Under the pieces are notes generated by a model. It was given only the letters and a program-made list of their open reading frames with translations, made no database searches and was not told where the DNA came from. 17,077 bases of DNA. Source: a bacterium. Lineage in GTDB: Bacteria; Hinthialibacterota; Hinthialibacteria; Hinthialibacterales; Hinthialibacteraceae. Location of the stretch: assembly GCA_041946805.1 (NCBI GenBank), contig JBHGBC010000132.1, forward strand, positions 1 to 17,077. The letters run 5' to 3'. Positions within the stretch are counted from its first letter, which is position 1. Every line of letters starts with the position of its first letter. Shown here one piece after another: positions 16,889 to 17,077 of the stretch. A program made the position numbers and the translations under genes.

Positions 16889-17077
16889 GGATCATCCGGC
16901 AAGTGTGTACTTTTTCCAGATCGCCGGATCGCATCTCTTTGAAATGATCGATGAAAACCACCCCCAAAATTCCCTCTCCCTCTGGGAGAGGGCCAGGATG
17001 AGGGTATTTTTGTCGGGGCGGACCTTGGTGTCCGCCCTCATCCCGGCGTGAATGGAATCGATTTTACCTCATTATGT
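16889..17077 (+). mobile_element. MITE family A, near-identical copy cut by the window end
   Basis: Ungapped match to 14755-14943 with 7 differences over 189 nt. Begins GGATCATCCGGCAAGTGTGTAC after the AT-rich flank TTATTTGT. Confidence 0.92.

Noticed and set aside
14755..17077. Composite transposon formed by two direct MITE copies around the membrane-protein gene
   Set aside because: The left copy has its own 8-bp TSD on both sides, which indicates an independent insertion. The right end of the second copy is outside the window.
1..17077. CRISPR array or integron attC cassette array made from the recurring palindromes
   Set aside because: The repeats are dispersed rather than regularly spaced. 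There are no RYYYAAC...GTTRRRY boundaries, no cas or intI genes, and most genes lack a flanking repeat.

Overview
A GC-rich bacterial chromosomal segment with 14 supportable CDSs, mostly on the minus strand, plus tRNA-His(GUG). The taxon cannot be established here; the GspG-like pseudopilin recalls the OLB16/Hinthialibacteria-Sumerlaeota type, which is only an impression. The genes are a loose mix of envelope and carbohydrate functions: an RfbE-like SDR epimerase, a GT2, two GT4s, an HpnJ-like B12 radical SAM enzyme, a sugar epimerase, a DUF6807/PmoA-family protein, an SGNH hydrolase, a GT-C-like membrane protein, an orphan OppD ATPase, a B-box/YIP1 protein, a GNAT, a pseudopilin, a stand-alone IS3-OrfA-like HTH and one hypothetical protein. 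The most distinctive content is non-coding, with three families of small modular repeats in the intergenic spaces. Family A is a 209-bp MITE with 22-bp ISL3-like terminal inverted repeats and a perfect 8-bp target duplication; it carries a BoxC-like/G-quadruplex motif and a REP hairpin, and occurs as five copies of different ages, two cut by the window ends. Family B is a ~130-bp TIR-bounded element with a conserved GTAG-REP core (two copies). Family C is a multi-hairpin ATAG-tagged module whose copies show compensatory base-pair changes (two clear copies and one degraded copy next to a family A insertion). No intact transposase, CRISPR array, integron or prophage is present. All alignments were done by hand.
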